DNA of 63,059 nt, filler included, from 10 parts of 10 records of this genome joined end to end with filler, not necessarily neighbours in it, one strand, 5' to 3'. Shown: positions 40,366-50,891, counted from the whole stretch's first letter. The notes: generated by a model not told the origin, from the letters alone. Numbers and translations are program-made.

Positions 40366-42303
40366 ATGAGAAAAAACATCGAATATGTCATAGTGCTCAT
40401 TTTAGCACTTTTGATAATATCTTGTTCAAATTCCCAAAGTAATCTTTCAAAAGCTGTAAAAACAGGTAATATTATTGAGGTAAGGAATAGTCTAAATGAT
40501 GGCGCGGATATCAATAAAAAAAGCGGAACTTTTGAGAATAGCGTTTTACATGACGCAGTTGTTACAGGAAATCTTAACTCAGTTAGATTTTTAGTAGAAA
40601 ATGGTGCAAATATAAACTCTCAAAATAACGAAGGAGATACACCACTGCATTTTGCTATTCAAAATAATAAAAAATTGCTAATTGATTATCTAATCCAATC
40701 GGGTGCAGATGTAAATACTAAAAATAATTTTGGATATCCACCATTATTTTTAGTAGCTGGAGCAGATAAAAACATCGAGAAAGAAAAAATTTTATATAGT
40801 TTGAATATTAATAAAACTATTTTTGAAAAAATTATAGAATCCGGTGCGAATATTAATTCATCTGATCACGATGGAAACACCCTCTTACATTATGCAACTT
40901 TAGAAAATAATATTAATAATGTAAGTTATATTCTATCATTTAATATTGATACGAACATTGTAAATAATCTGGAGGGAACAGCACTTCATATCGCATTTCA
41001 AAACGAATCCTACGACATAGCTAAACTATTAATAGATCATAATGCAGATAGTAAAGTTAAAAATGCTCAAGGAGAACTACCGAAACCTAAAATTGATATA
41101 TTAACAGCTGTAAAAGAGAATGATATTGAAACAGCAAAGTTATATTTTGATTTAGGAGGATCTCCTGAAGGAGCATTTGACAGCTTTGGTTTAGGCTTGC
41201 TTCATATTGCGGCAAAACATGGAAGCTATAAAATCGCTGATATGATTATAGAATATGGTGGTGATGTTAACTCTAGAAATAAATCAATATATAAAGATAC
41301 TCCTATCATTATAGCTGTGCAAACTAATCAAATTGATATTGTCAAATTATTGATAGAAAAAGGAGCAGATATAAATATTGTAGGAAGTGATAAAACCAGT
41401 GCTCTAATGGTTGCTTCTGGAGGGATGGATTTTAATGCTGAAAAAAGATTTGAGATAACTAAAATCTTACTGGAAAATGGAGCGGATATAGATTTAAAAG
41501 ATAATAAAGGGAAAACGGCATTGGATTATGCTTATCAAAAAAAAGCAAGTGATATTGCTGCTTTAATTGAAAGCAAAAAAGATCCTTCGCTAAAAAAAGA
41601 TTATGTTTACAAGGCTATCAGAGATATAAAGCCTGAATTATTAAAAATAGGAAATAAAAATTTTAAAACAAATTACGAATACAACAAAGCAAACTATGAT
41701 GCTTCATTAATAGAAAGTTACGGGCAAGTTTCAAGTGAAGTTTCCTACGGAGAATATTTTAATAGAGGAATGAATTACTATAATGCTGGCAATTATTCTA
41801 GTGCAGCAAGTGAATTTAAAAAAAGTATAAAAGCTATCATTAATAGTAAAAGTTACTCTTATTACAAAAATTTAGGTCGAGTTTTTGCGTGGCTTGGTGG
41901 TGCAGTTCAACAGGATAAACAATATAATAATGCAATAAAATATTATAACTATGCTATTGCAAATTATCTCAATATAAAAAAACAATCAGGAGATTCTCAA
42001 TTGGGAGATATAGCTAGTGCGGCCTATAATCTTGGGACTAATTACTATTATCTTGAAAACTGGGATGACGCATTAGAGAATTTTGAAATAGCTATCTATA
42101 ACTATATCAAACTGGAAAATAAAAAAGAGCTGAACACTGCTATTGATTGGTATACCAATATCCTTGATTATAAGTTAAATAGATATAAGGAAGCTGCTGA
42201 TTTTTACAGAGCAGGGATAAAAATTTCTGAACAATTAGGTGAATATAATAGAAAAACTAATTTTGAAAATGATTTAAAGCGAATTGAAAAAATGGGCTAT
42301 TAA
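40366..42303 (+). CDS. Ankyrin-repeat plus TPR-like lipoprotein
   Basis: Lipobox IISC; many GxTPLH/GADVN ankyrin units; C-terminal TPR-like helices (AYNLGTNYYYLENWDDALENF). Confidence 0.88.
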   Translation: MRKNIEYVIVLILALLIISCSNSQSNLSKAVKTGNIIEVRNSLNDGADINKKSGTFENSVLHDAVVTGNLNSVRFLVENGANINSQNNEGDTPLHFAIQNNKKLLIDYLIQSGADVNTKNNFGYPPLFLVAGADKNIEKEKILYSLNINKTIFEKIIESGANINSSDHDGNTLLHYATLENNINNVSYILSFNIDTNIVNNLEGTALHIAFQNESYDIAKLLIDHNADSKVKNAQGELPKPKIDILTAVKENDIETAKLYFDLGGSPEGAFDSFGLGLLHIAAKHGSYKIADMIIEYGGDVNSRNKSIYKDTPIIIAVQTNQIDIVKLLIEKGADINIVGSDKTSALMVASGGMDFNAEKRFEITKILLENGADIDLKDNKGKTALDYAYQKKASDIAALIESKKDPSLKKDYVYKAIRDIKPELLKIGNKNFKTNYEYNKANYDASLIESYGQVSSEVSYGEYFNRGMNYYNAGNYSSAASEFKKSIKAIINSKSYSYYKNLGRVFAWLGGAVQQDKQYNNAIKYYNYAIANYLNIKKQSGDSQLGDIASAAYNLGTNYYYLENWDDALENFEIAIYNYIKLENKKELNTAIDWYTNILDYKLNRYKEAADFYRAGIKISEQLGEYNRKTNFENDLKRIEKMGY

Positions 42304-42310
42304 ACAAAGC

Positions 42311-42349
42311 GAAAAGACCAGATTAGAATAACTCTTCTCTGGTCTTTTC
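42311..42349. terminator. Bidirectional intrinsic terminator
   Basis: GAAAAGACCAGA...TCTGGTCTTTTC between convergent genes. Confidence 0.8.
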
Positions 42350-42379
42350 ATATATAAGTTTATGTTTAAGATATAGTTT

Positions 42380-44221
42380 TTACTGCTCTACCCAAACCGA
42401 TACAGAACCGCCGTTACACTTGAATTCTGCCCAACCGTCATTATTACTTGTAATTGTTTCTGTAATAGTTCCAGTATAGTCATAGAATGTTTTATTAGCT
42501 TTTCCTACGTTCATCCATTTAGTTCCACCAGATCCGTCAGACATGATTACAGCCATTGCTTTGTTATGATCTTCATCACCAAGTCTAGTCCAACCTATAA
42601 CATCCCAATGATCCATGTAAGAGATTTGATCACCATATGCGAATAGTTTTCTTGCTTGAACTAATTTCTCAAGATTTGCAACAGGAACCATGTTGATATC
42701 ATATCCGTTATCTGTGTACTGTGCACCATAAAGATCAGCATAAAATACAGATGGATATCCCTCTTCTCTAAGTAAAATAAATGCGTATGCAAGAGGTTTG
42801 AACCACCAATCAACCGGTGACTCTAGAGCTTGAAGTGGTTGAGTATCATGATTTTCTACTAAAGTTACTGCTTTTAGCGGATTACTTTGCATCAGAGTAC
42901 CATTCATTAAGTTTCTCATATCATAACTTCCACTTGATTTTGAAGCTGTGTAAAAATTCATATGTAGAGGTGCATCAAATAAAGAGATGTCTCCATTTGT
43001 TGTATCGATATAGTGAGTTAATTTACCAAGGTCATAATCCCAGAATTCTCCAACTGTAAATAACTCTTTTCCAGTTGTATTTCTCAGGTGACTTATCCAT
43101 TCAGAGATAAATTCATATTTAATATGTTTGATTGCATCTAATCTAAATCCATCTACTCCAGTAAAGTTAATGTACCAGTCAGCCCAATCTTTTGTCTCTT
43201 GAACTACTTCAGAGTGATCAAAATCAAGATCAGCATACATTAAGTAATCGTAGTTACCTTTTTCGTCAGTAACTGTCCAGTCCCATCCTTTTCCTTCAGA
43301 TGCGAACTTATAGATTGCACTCTCATTATATCTCGCATCCCAATCTACACCATCAAAGTGATACCAGTGATATTTGAAATCAGAGTATTTATTATTTCTA
43401 GCTTCGAAGTTAAATCCAGTCCATGCATCTATTTCGTATGCATTTGAGTGAAGTTCAACATTTCTGTTATCTGAATCTACTTTTATTACATTTACTGCTT
43501 CTGTATAATCAGCTCCACCTCTGTGATTAAATACAACATCCCCATATATACTAATTCCTTTTGAGTGTGCTGATTCAATCGCTGCAAGGTATTCGTCCTT
43601 TGTTCCATATTTTGTTCTAACAGTTCCTTTTTGATCAAACTCTCCAAGGTCGTACATATCATATACTCCGTAACCTACATCATATTGACTTCCTCCTTTG
43701 TATGCCGGTGGAAGCCATAAAGCGTTTATCCCTATTTCAGATAAATTCTCTGCTTCAGTATTTACTTTATTCCATAATGATCCGTCACTTGGATAGTACC
43801 AGTGGAAGTATTGCATCATAGTTCCATTAGTATTTGCTGCTGTTCCATCTAAGTTTTCTATACTAATGTTATGTGTATTATCGTAAAATGTTATTTTATA
43901 ATTTGTACTAGCAGAAACTCCGTAATCTTGTTCAGGATATGTTTCCGACCATTCCCCTTTATCTATTTTAAATCTTGGTCCCCCATTTGCATCACCATTA
44001 TCAAATTTCACAGTGATTTCCCAAGTATTAGGAGCTACTTTTGTCATAGGAGTAGTTCCCCATGAATTTGGTGTTCCCCTAAAATAAGCTGCATCCCATT
44101 CATCTGTAGCTGTTACACTTTTGCTCAAATTAGCCTTTAAAGGTGATTCATTCTCCGACGAACACGATATAAATAACGCCACAATTAAGACTAATAATAA
44201 ATTTAAAGATTTTTTTAGCAT
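42380..44221 (-). CDS. Lipoprotein alpha-amylase (GH13, Bacillus liquefying type) with N-terminal carbohydrate-binding module
   Basis: Lipobox FISC; FRGTPNSWG module; NGTMMQYFHW, DVVFNH, GFRLDAIKH, VGEFW and VENHD catalytic regions. Confidence 0.93.
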   Translation of the reverse strand: MLKKSLNLLLVLIVALFISCSSENESPLKANLSKSVTATDEWDAAYFRGTPNSWGTTPMTKVAPNTWEITVKFDNGDANGGPRFKIDKGEWSETYPEQDYGVSASTNYKITFYDNTHNISIENLDGTAANTNGTMMQYFHWYYPSDGSLWNKVNTEAENLSEIGINALWLPPAYKGGSQYDVGYGVYDMYDLGEFDQKGTVRTKYGTKDEYLAAIESAHSKGISIYGDVVFNHRGGADYTEAVNVIKVDSDNRNVELHSNAYEIDAWTGFNFEARNNKYSDFKYHWYHFDGVDWDARYNESAIYKFASEGKGWDWTVTDEKGNYDYLMYADLDFDHSEVVQETKDWADWYINFTGVDGFRLDAIKHIKYEFISEWISHLRNTTGKELFTVGEFWDYDLGKLTHYIDTTNGDISLFDAPLHMNFYTASKSSGSYDMRNLMNGTLMQSNPLKAVTLVENHDTQPLQALESPVDWWFKPLAYAFILLREEGYPSVFYADLYGAQYTDNGYDINMVPVANLEKLVQARKLFAYGDQISYMDHWDVIGWTRLGDEDHNKAMAVIMSDGSGGTKWMNVGKANKTFYDYTGTITETITSNNDGWAEFKCNGGSVSVWVEQ

Positions 44222-44593
44222 TCTTTCCTCCTCTGAATTTGCTTTAATAAACTTAAGCTTTCATTAACCAGTTAATGCTACATAATAATAAAATTTCCAT
44301 ACCAATTCACACCATCAATCGTTTTTCTCTGGAATCGATTCATTTTTGAATAACGTTATGATACAGTATATATTATTCTTTTTTAAATGTCAATGTTCTT
44401 ATTCAAAACATTTTTGATGTTTAACTAATGGGGTTTGTTATATTCATTCTTTATTTTTTGTTGACTAAAATAGTTTTTCATTAAAAAATGGAAACGTTTT
44501 CTATATTAAATGATTAAATTCCATAAAAAACAACTTAAAAAAAATTTCTAAATTAATAGTTTTTTTAATTAATTTTATTATGTAAAATAAAAA

Positions 44594-44618
44594 CAAGCCC
44601 TTTTAAACAAAGGGCTTG
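44594..44618 (-). terminator. Intrinsic terminator downstream of the outer-membrane barrel gene
   Basis: CAAGCCCTTT-TAAAC-AAAGGGCTTG, with a U tract on the minus strand. Confidence 0.75.
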
Positions 44619-44644
44619 AAACTTAAATTTATATTTTTTTCAAA

Positions 44645-45181
44645 TTATTTAAGATTATAACCAAAAGATAAATTCATTCTGGAAATTTCCATCTCATATG
44701 TATTATTTGGAAGAGTATAACTTATCAATTGATTGTCAGCTGCTAGTTGAATTATGAAATTATTAAGCTCTACTCCCATACCAAAACCATAATATGGTCC
44801 TGATTCATAGTTAGCCGTATCTGAGCTAGCTCCCTCAATTAGATTTATTCCTACTTTAGCCAAAAAATAAGGATTTACATCCTCCCCTCTCATAGCATTA
44901 TATTTGAACTGAAAATACACCGGCTTAAAAGACAGGTCATTTTCCTGAAAATTTTTCCCATTATAGACCTCATATCCTACTCCAAAATCAAGCTCATCTG
45001 TCAAAGGAAGATCAATAGATACATCTATATTCGTAGCGTTAGCAAGTGATTCATCATCGCTTGTAGTAGAATAATCCTTAACCTGATCAGATAAACTTCC
45101 TATTTTTAAATTCAGACCTTCTGAATAAGTAAAATTTAAAATAAGAATATTTATTAATATTAATAAAACAATTTTTCTCAT
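44645..45181 (-). CDS. Small outer-membrane beta-barrel protein
   Basis: Signal peptide, alternating strands (FGVGYE, PYFLAKVG, YYGFGMGVE), C-terminal LSFGYNLK. Confidence 0.78.
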   Translation of the reverse strand: MRKIVLLILINILILNFTYSEGLNLKIGSLSDQVKDYSTTSDDESLANATNIDVSIDLPLTDELDFGVGYEVYNGKNFQENDLSFKPVYFQFKYNAMRGEDVNPYFLAKVGINLIEGASSDTANYESGPYYGFGMGVELNNFIIQLAADNQLISYTLPNNTYEMEISRMNLSFGYNLK

Positions 45182-45312
45182 ATCTAGAGCTCCTTTTTCT
45201 CTCTACTCTCTTCTGCTTAATTCTATGTGTGCTCAGTAAAGTTAATAAAACTTAGAGCTTTTCTCGCATATTTGTAGTTAATTATATATAAATTTTAGTT
45301 TCTTTTTGATAC

Positions 45313-45412
45313 NNNNNNNNNNNNNNNNNNNNNNNNNNNNNNNNNNNNNNNNNNNNTTAATTAATTAANNNNNNNNNNNNNNNNNNNNNNNNNNNNNNNN
45401 NNNNNNNNNNNN
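45313..45412. other. Artificial contig linker 7
   Basis: Same 100-bp linker. Confidence 0.98.
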
Positions 45413-45445
45413 ATGCACGCCTTGACTGATGAAAACAAACACGAC

Positions 45446-46879
45446 CTACATACGTGCGAAGGCGGGTTTATCGGTCGAAGAAGAGGACTCTTCTCTATGG
45501 TCCACCATTTTTCGGCCCCAGCCTGAAAAGATAGCAAAAAACATAACAGCCATCAGGGCCCATGCGTAAAGGACCCACGGCATCAATTGCATGGGGCTCA
45601 AGAAGGGGACCCCAGCGAAGGTTTCGCTAGCCGACTTGGAAAGACCACTGGCGAAAAGCAGGCTCGCGGACCATGGCAATGAATAGACGAGTGTGCAAGC
45701 CATGGCATCGATGATATTCGCCCTGCGGTAAGGATGAACACCGAATTTCTCGCCCAACGGTTTGGTGAATGAGAGGCCGACGGCCAAAATTGCCGGTGCA
45801 TTGATGCTCATCAGTGCGGAAAAAAGAAGTGCCAAACCGGCTGACGCGGCTTCAAAACCGGTAACGCCGGTGATTACTTTTTTAAAACCATTTACGAGCT
45901 TTTCACTGCCGCCGCCGTCCATCATAATGCGAATGCCGGCTACCAGGAGGATAACCAATATTGAAAGGTCAGCCATCCAGCCCGCCACGCCTTTGATCAG
46001 GGCGCCATTTTCGACGGAGACAATGCCCGCCACTGTGTTCAATCCAAAAATAACCGCTATAGCGGAGCCGGAGGAGATTCCGATGATCGTCGCATAAATC
46101 ACGTTGCCGGTTCGTATGGCGAAGTAGATGGTTGCTATGGCGGGAATCAGCATGAGCAGACCTTTGGGGTTCATTTGCTCGGTGAGCTGGGTAACGGGTA
46201 TGTCGCCGGTGGATCCTTGGGAGAAAAGGCTGAAGAGGATGATCAGGCCCACGGTTATGCTACCGGCCGTCAATGCGTATCTTAGACGGGAACGAACGAC
46301 ACCGCCGACATCCGTATTTTGACTGGCCGCGGAGGAAATCGTCGTATCCGAGATAGGCGCCAGATTATCTCCGAATGCGCCTCCACCGACGATTGCACCC
46401 GCCAATAAGGCAGGATGCGCGCCCAACAGGACGCCCGCCGGATAGAGAACCCCCATGCCTGCGGCAATCGTACCAAAGCCGGTGCCGGCGGCAGTGGCGA
46501 ATATAGCGCTGGATAGAAAGGTAACGACGATGAAGGTCGTGCCTGTTGCACCGGTGTGATAAGCGGCCCATAGAATCCCGTCAACTAAACCGGAACTGCG
46601 CAATACGGTGGCAAAGATCCCCGCGAAGATCCAGCACGCCACGGGTGCAAGTGCCACACGGTCGGCCATCCCCTCTATGACGGTTTCACCGAAAAGCAGT
46701 TTGTCCTTTGCCAGAAAAAAGGTAACGATTAACCCCACAAGAATGCCGACCCACATCCCCTGGATCGTGGCCTCTTCAAGCGCTGTGGCAACATAGAAGG
46801 CGACACCGACAAAGAACAACACCGGGATGAAAGACATCCAGGGACCACCATGAAACGCCAGTTTTTTTTCTGCATCCAT
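45446..46879 (-). CDS. NhaC-family (IT superfamily) transporter
   Basis: Many TM helices, GTGFGT, and GAFGDNLAPISDTTI signature. Confidence 0.88.
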   Translation of the reverse strand: MDAEKKLAFHGGPWMSFIPVLFFVGVAFYVATALEEATIQGMWVGILVGLIVTFFLAKDKLLFGETVIEGMADRVALAPVACWIFAGIFATVLRSSGLVDGILWAAYHTGATGTTFIVVTFLSSAIFATAAGTGFGTIAAGMGVLYPAGVLLGAHPALLAGAIVGGGAFGDNLAPISDTTISSAASQNTDVGGVVRSRLRYALTAGSITVGLIILFSLFSQGSTGDIPVTQLTEQMNPKGLLMLIPAIATIYFAIRTGNVIYATIIGISSGSAIAVIFGLNTVAGIVSVENGALIKGVAGWMADLSILVILLVAGIRIMMDGGGSEKLVNGFKKVITGVTGFEAASAGLALLFSALMSINAPAILAVGLSFTKPLGEKFGVHPYRRANIIDAMACTLVYSLPWSASLLFASGLSKSASETFAGVPFLSPMQLMPWVLYAWALMAVMFFAIFSGWGRKMVDHREESSSSTDKPAFARM

Positions 46880-46956
46880 CATTTCCTCCTTTGCAATACA
46901 TGAAATTGTGAAAATGGGCGGTATCCGATACTGGATCCAAGACTGGGCTTGTACTG

Positions 46957-46973
46957 AGCAATTGGAGTGCCAA
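46957..46973 (-). promoter_or_regulatory. Sigma54 (-24/-12) promoter for the transporter
   Basis: Minus strand TTGGCAC-TCCAA-TTGCT matches TGGCAC-N5-TTGCW. Confidence 0.88.
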
Positions 46974-47101
46974 CTCCTTGTTGTTCATGATTCGATTGGT
47001 ACAAAAGACGAATGGCGGCCAAGCAGTAAAAGGAAATAATGAAAAAGTAATGTGGCGGGAGTCTTGATGGATACCCGGACAGGAAGAAAGAAAGGAGGCG
47101 G

Positions 47102-47143
47102 CGGGAAATAAATCGCCCACTTCACCGGGAAATTAATTGCCCG
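47102..47143. promoter_or_regulatory. Tandem candidate enhancer (UAS) sites
   Basis: GGGAAATAAATCGCCC (47103-47118) and GGGAAATTAATTGCCC (47127-47142) are imperfect palindromes 24 bp apart, about 130-170 bp upstream of the sigma54 site. Confidence 0.65.
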
Positions 47144-47187
47144 TTATTGTGGCGCCTTGACGCTGAAGTCTTCCAACGTTTACACCC

Positions 47188-48540
47188 TTATCTCAAACCG
47201 TATTCATGCATTTTGTTAAAGAGTTGTCGTCGGCTGATTCTCAAGCGACGAGCGGTTTCGGCCATATTGTAATTGCAGATGACCAAAGCATTTCGAATAT
47301 GATCGGTTTCGGCTTTCCGGCGGATCTCTTTTATGGGGCGTATCTCATCGGGCTCCGCTTGTCCGATCAGCTCGCCTGAAGATGCCGGCAGGTCCTGCAA
47401 TCTGATGACACCGTCTTCGGACAATACAACCAACTGCTCAATCATGTTTTTCAGTTCCCTGATATTCCCCGGATAATGGTAGTGCCCGAGAAAACGTCGC
47501 ACACCGCTTTCCACCAGCCTGATTTTTTTCTTTAACTCAATTTGAGAGATGCTTAAAAAGAAATCGATTAGATCCGGGATGTCCTCTTTGCGTTCCCTCA
47601 AAGGGGGGATTGAAAGCGGCATCGTGCTGATGCGATAGTAAAAATCGCTACGGATAGTTCCCTTTCTTACCTCGGACTCAAGGGCTTTGTTCGTTGCGGA
47701 AACAAGTCGGAAATTGACATCGATGGTTTTGCTGCTGCCGATCCTTTCAATTTGCTTTGTTTCCAATACACGCAAGAGTTTTGCTTGCGTTCCAAGGGGG
47801 ATATCCCCAATCTCGTCAAGAAAAAGTGTACTGCCATGTGCGGCTTCAAACCGTCCCTTGCGTCTCCGATAAGCTCCTGTGTATGCACCTTTTTCATGCC
47901 CGAACAATTCGGATTCCAGAAGGCTTTCCGAAAAAGCATGACAGTTGATCGCCATCAAGTGGCCTTCCGCCCGGTCGCTGTTGGCATGGATAAACCTGGC
48001 CATGACCTCTTTGCCGACTCCGGATTCACCGGAAAGCAGGATGTTGACATTACTTTTGGCGGCTTTTTTGGCGATATTTAAAACTTTGGCAAAAGCAGTG
48101 TTTTTAGTCGTAAAAACAGACGGATCGTCTTTTTTTGTGTCTCTCAGGATTTCATTTTCATGTTGTAGTTTTGCAATCTGTAGGGCCCTTTCCACTTCTA
48201 TAAGCAACTCTTCAGGCGCATGCCCTTTGATAAAATACGAAGAAGCGCCTTGTTTCATTGCCGAAACGGCAGTTTCAATGCTTCCGTAACCGGTGATAAT
48301 GATAACTTTCACATCCTCATGGTGCGTTCGAACTTGTTTTAGCAGCTCAAGACCATCCATCTCTTCCATAATCAAATCGGAAAGGACGAGATTATAATGG
48401 CCGGATTCCATCATTTTGAGTGCTTGTTGGCCGGTGCTGACCGTATCGACCTCGAAACCTTCTTCCGAGAAGATGGTTTCAAGGACTTCACGCTGCTCGG
48501 CTTCATCATCCACTATTAAAATTTTATTTTTTTCCATCAT
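47188..48540 (-). CDS. NtrC-family sigma54-dependent response regulator
   Basis: REC domain (ILIVDDE), GESGVGKE, ESELFGHEKGAYTGA, FLDEIG, YPGNIREL and C-terminal HTH. Confidence 0.93.
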   Translation of the reverse strand: MMEKNKILIVDDEAEQREVLETIFSEEGFEVDTVSTGQQALKMMESGHYNLVLSDLIMEEMDGLELLKQVRTHHEDVKVIIITGYGSIETAVSAMKQGASSYFIKGHAPEELLIEVERALQIAKLQHENEILRDTKKDDPSVFTTKNTAFAKVLNIAKKAAKSNVNILLSGESGVGKEVMARFIHANSDRAEGHLMAINCHAFSESLLESELFGHEKGAYTGAYRRRKGRFEAAHGSTLFLDEIGDIPLGTQAKLLRVLETKQIERIGSSKTIDVNFRLVSATNKALESEVRKGTIRSDFYYRISTMPLSIPPLRERKEDIPDLIDFFLSISQIELKKKIRLVESGVRRFLGHYHYPGNIRELKNMIEQLVVLSEDGVIRLQDLPASSGELIGQAEPDEIRPIKEIRRKAETDHIRNALVICNYNMAETARRLRISRRQLFNKMHEYGLR

Positions 48541-50569
48541 ACTGGTAATCATCCTTCTTCTCCCTGAAAGGGACTTCCACCGTAAAAGTGGTGCCCATGC
48601 ACGGCGTATTTGAAACCGTAATTCCGCCACCGCATTTTTGTGCCTGGTTGTAGGCGATATAGAGTCCGAGCCCGGTTCCGGCGCCACGCGCTTTTGTCGT
48701 AAAAAAGGGTTCGAAAATGTGCTCAATGACATCCGGAGAAATTCCCTTGCCACTATCCTTGCAGGTTAAGATCAGCATTCCCTTGATTCGCTTGGCGGTA
48801 AATTCGCAATATCCCTTGTTGGGCGTGGCATCGATCGCATTGGACAATAAATTCACGATGATCAGTCCAAACGCCTCCTGATTGATATGGCCCTCCAATT
48901 TTTCAGGACAGACAACGCTTACCCGTATTTGTTTTTTCGACAGTGTTTTGTTTTGCAATTCGATCATTCGTCTGAGCATAGGGCCAACGTCGACCTTCTC
49001 CAGTTGATCCCCTGATATCCTGGAAAAGTTGAGTAAATTGTCGATGATGCGATTGGATTGACTTACGGCGTTTTCAATCACCTCAACAGCACGCAGCAGT
49101 TTGCCATTTTGGTTTTTCAATGCTTTTTTAAGGACGTAACAGTTGTTGCGGATTAACCCGAGAGGGTTACGGATTTCATGGGTTACACCAGCGGCCAAAC
49201 GTCCTACCGCGGTCATTTTGTTTGTATGCAATAAACGCTTTTCGTTTTCTTTATCCTGGGTGATATCTTTAATCATGCAAAGAACGTTGTGGTTCTGGCG
49301 CTGCCGTCCCGCCAAGGGAAACACGCGGATCATGTATATCCCGCTGTCCAGCTCGAATTCCCCTTTTTCCGGAACGTTTCCGGCAAAGGTCGCCTTCATC
49401 ATTGCCGCCGTTGTGGCATTGGTCAGGATCCCTCCGAATCGGCGGCCGTCCTGGTGCAGCACTTTTTCCCTGGGGCGATTGGCATACTCACAAAAGGAAC
49501 GGTTTGCATTGATGATTTTCAAGTCAGGGTCAACGACGACCATGAAATAGCTCAGGCTGTCGAATGTTGTTTGTAAATTTTTTTGACTTTCAAGCAATTG
49601 CTGCGTGCGTTTATTCACTTCCTTTCTCAATAGCTGGTTCCAGGTAGTAAACATGTGAATGGTTAGTCCTATCGCCGTCAGGAAGATCAAACTGAGTATC
49701 AGCAGCTTTTCCGAATTTTTTTCTTTGATTAAAGGGATTGAGATCCCGAACCATTTCTGTTGGATTTTTGCCATGATCGTTTTGCGTTTGAGATTGCGAA
49801 TGCCTTTGTTCAGGATATTAAGTAACGTCACCTTTGATTTTGGCACCGCGAGAACAATTCCCGACTCGTACAATGGCGGATCCAAAAAATGGAAATCGTT
49901 CTTTAGATCTAAAATCTCAAGAAAGTGGCTGATCACCGGCTCATCGCCTGCCACGGCATCAACACCCGATTCTTTAAGCAGTAGCATGGCTTCAAGCATA
50001 TCAGAGGTATAGGTGAACTCAATGGACGGCACCATACTTTTCAGGTATTCAATAACAAAGTCACCTCTCGGTGTTGCGACCCGCAAACCGCTTAATTGTG
50101 CCGGTGATATGATTTCCACTTTATCCTTCGGGACGAGGACCAGCCCTCTCAAATCATAGATAGGATCTGAAAACAGATAGTGCTCACTTCGTTGTTGAGA
50201 AGGGAACATGTCGCACGCATCGGTTTTTCCATCGGCCAATGCTGCCAAGGCTTGGGACCAAACCAGCGGTTTGAATTCGATTTCCGTTTCCAGCTCAATC
50301 GATAGGGCGCGAACGTAATCGACCACGATTCCTTTGTATTGGCCGCTATCGGCATCAACGAAACGTAATGGGGGTGAATTTTGGTCCGCGCCATAAATAA
50401 TACTGCCGTGGCTTCTAAGCCAGTTTCGTTCGTCGGCAGAAAGGGTATTTGCGCCTGTAACCCATCGGATCGGATTAAAATAAAAATTGATGTCAATGTA
50501 TCGGCTGATCAATGCTAAAATGAACATTGTTCCGATTAAGAACACCAATATATTGCGTTTTTGCAGCAT
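48524..50569 (-). CDS. Sensor histidine kinase with extracytoplasmic solute-binding (family 3) and PAS domains
   Basis: LSADERNWL...PPL solute-binding domain, TM, PAS, THEIRNPL, NAIDA, DSGKG and GTGLGL. Confidence 0.92.
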   Translation of the reverse strand: MLQKRNILVFLIGTMFILALISRYIDINFYFNPIRWVTGANTLSADERNWLRSHGSIIYGADQNSPPLRFVDADSGQYKGIVVDYVRALSIELETEIEFKPLVWSQALAALADGKTDACDMFPSQQRSEHYLFSDPIYDLRGLVLVPKDKVEIISPAQLSGLRVATPRGDFVIEYLKSMVPSIEFTYTSDMLEAMLLLKESGVDAVAGDEPVISHFLEILDLKNDFHFLDPPLYESGIVLAVPKSKVTLLNILNKGIRNLKRKTIMAKIQQKWFGISIPLIKEKNSEKLLILSLIFLTAIGLTIHMFTTWNQLLRKEVNKRTQQLLESQKNLQTTFDSLSYFMVVVDPDLKIINANRSFCEYANRPREKVLHQDGRRFGGILTNATTAAMMKATFAGNVPEKGEFELDSGIYMIRVFPLAGRQRQNHNVLCMIKDITQDKENEKRLLHTNKMTAVGRLAAGVTHEIRNPLGLIRNNCYVLKKALKNQNGKLLRAVEVIENAVSQSNRIIDNLLNFSRISGDQLEKVDVGPMLRRMIELQNKTLSKKQIRVSVVCPEKLEGHINQEAFGLIIVNLLSNAIDATPNKGYCEFTAKRIKGMLILTCKDSGKGISPDVIEHIFEPFFTTKARGAGTGLGLYIAYNQAQKCGGGITVSNTPCMGTTFTVEVPFREKKDDYQYDGKK

Positions 50570-50791
50570 CTTAAGTAGCCTCGCGTTAAAGCCGGATCGG
50601 GCGGTTTTGTATAGCTTTTTTCTTGAACCGTCTTTGATGCTGCATCAAATACCATGCCAGGTGGATATATGCCAAGGGCAATGGCTCCCCAAAACGTGTC
50701 ACTGTGGTTGACTAAGGGGGAACAAAGACCATCTTGAAACGGATTCAGGCGGGCGTTCTTGACTTACTTTCGACACACCATTTACCAGAAA

Positions 50792-50891
50792 NNNNNNNNN
50801 NNNNNNNNNNNNNNNNNNNNNNNNNNNNNNNNNNNTTAATTAATTAANNNNNNNNNNNNNNNNNNNNNNNNNNNNNNNNNNNNNNNNNNNN
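50792..50891. other. Artificial contig linker 8
   Basis: Same 100-bp linker. Confidence 0.98.

Noticed and set aside
50641..50660. Sigma54-like TGGCAT-N5-TTGAT upstream of the sensor kinase
   Set aside because: The -12 element reads GA instead of the near-invariant GC; too weak to call.
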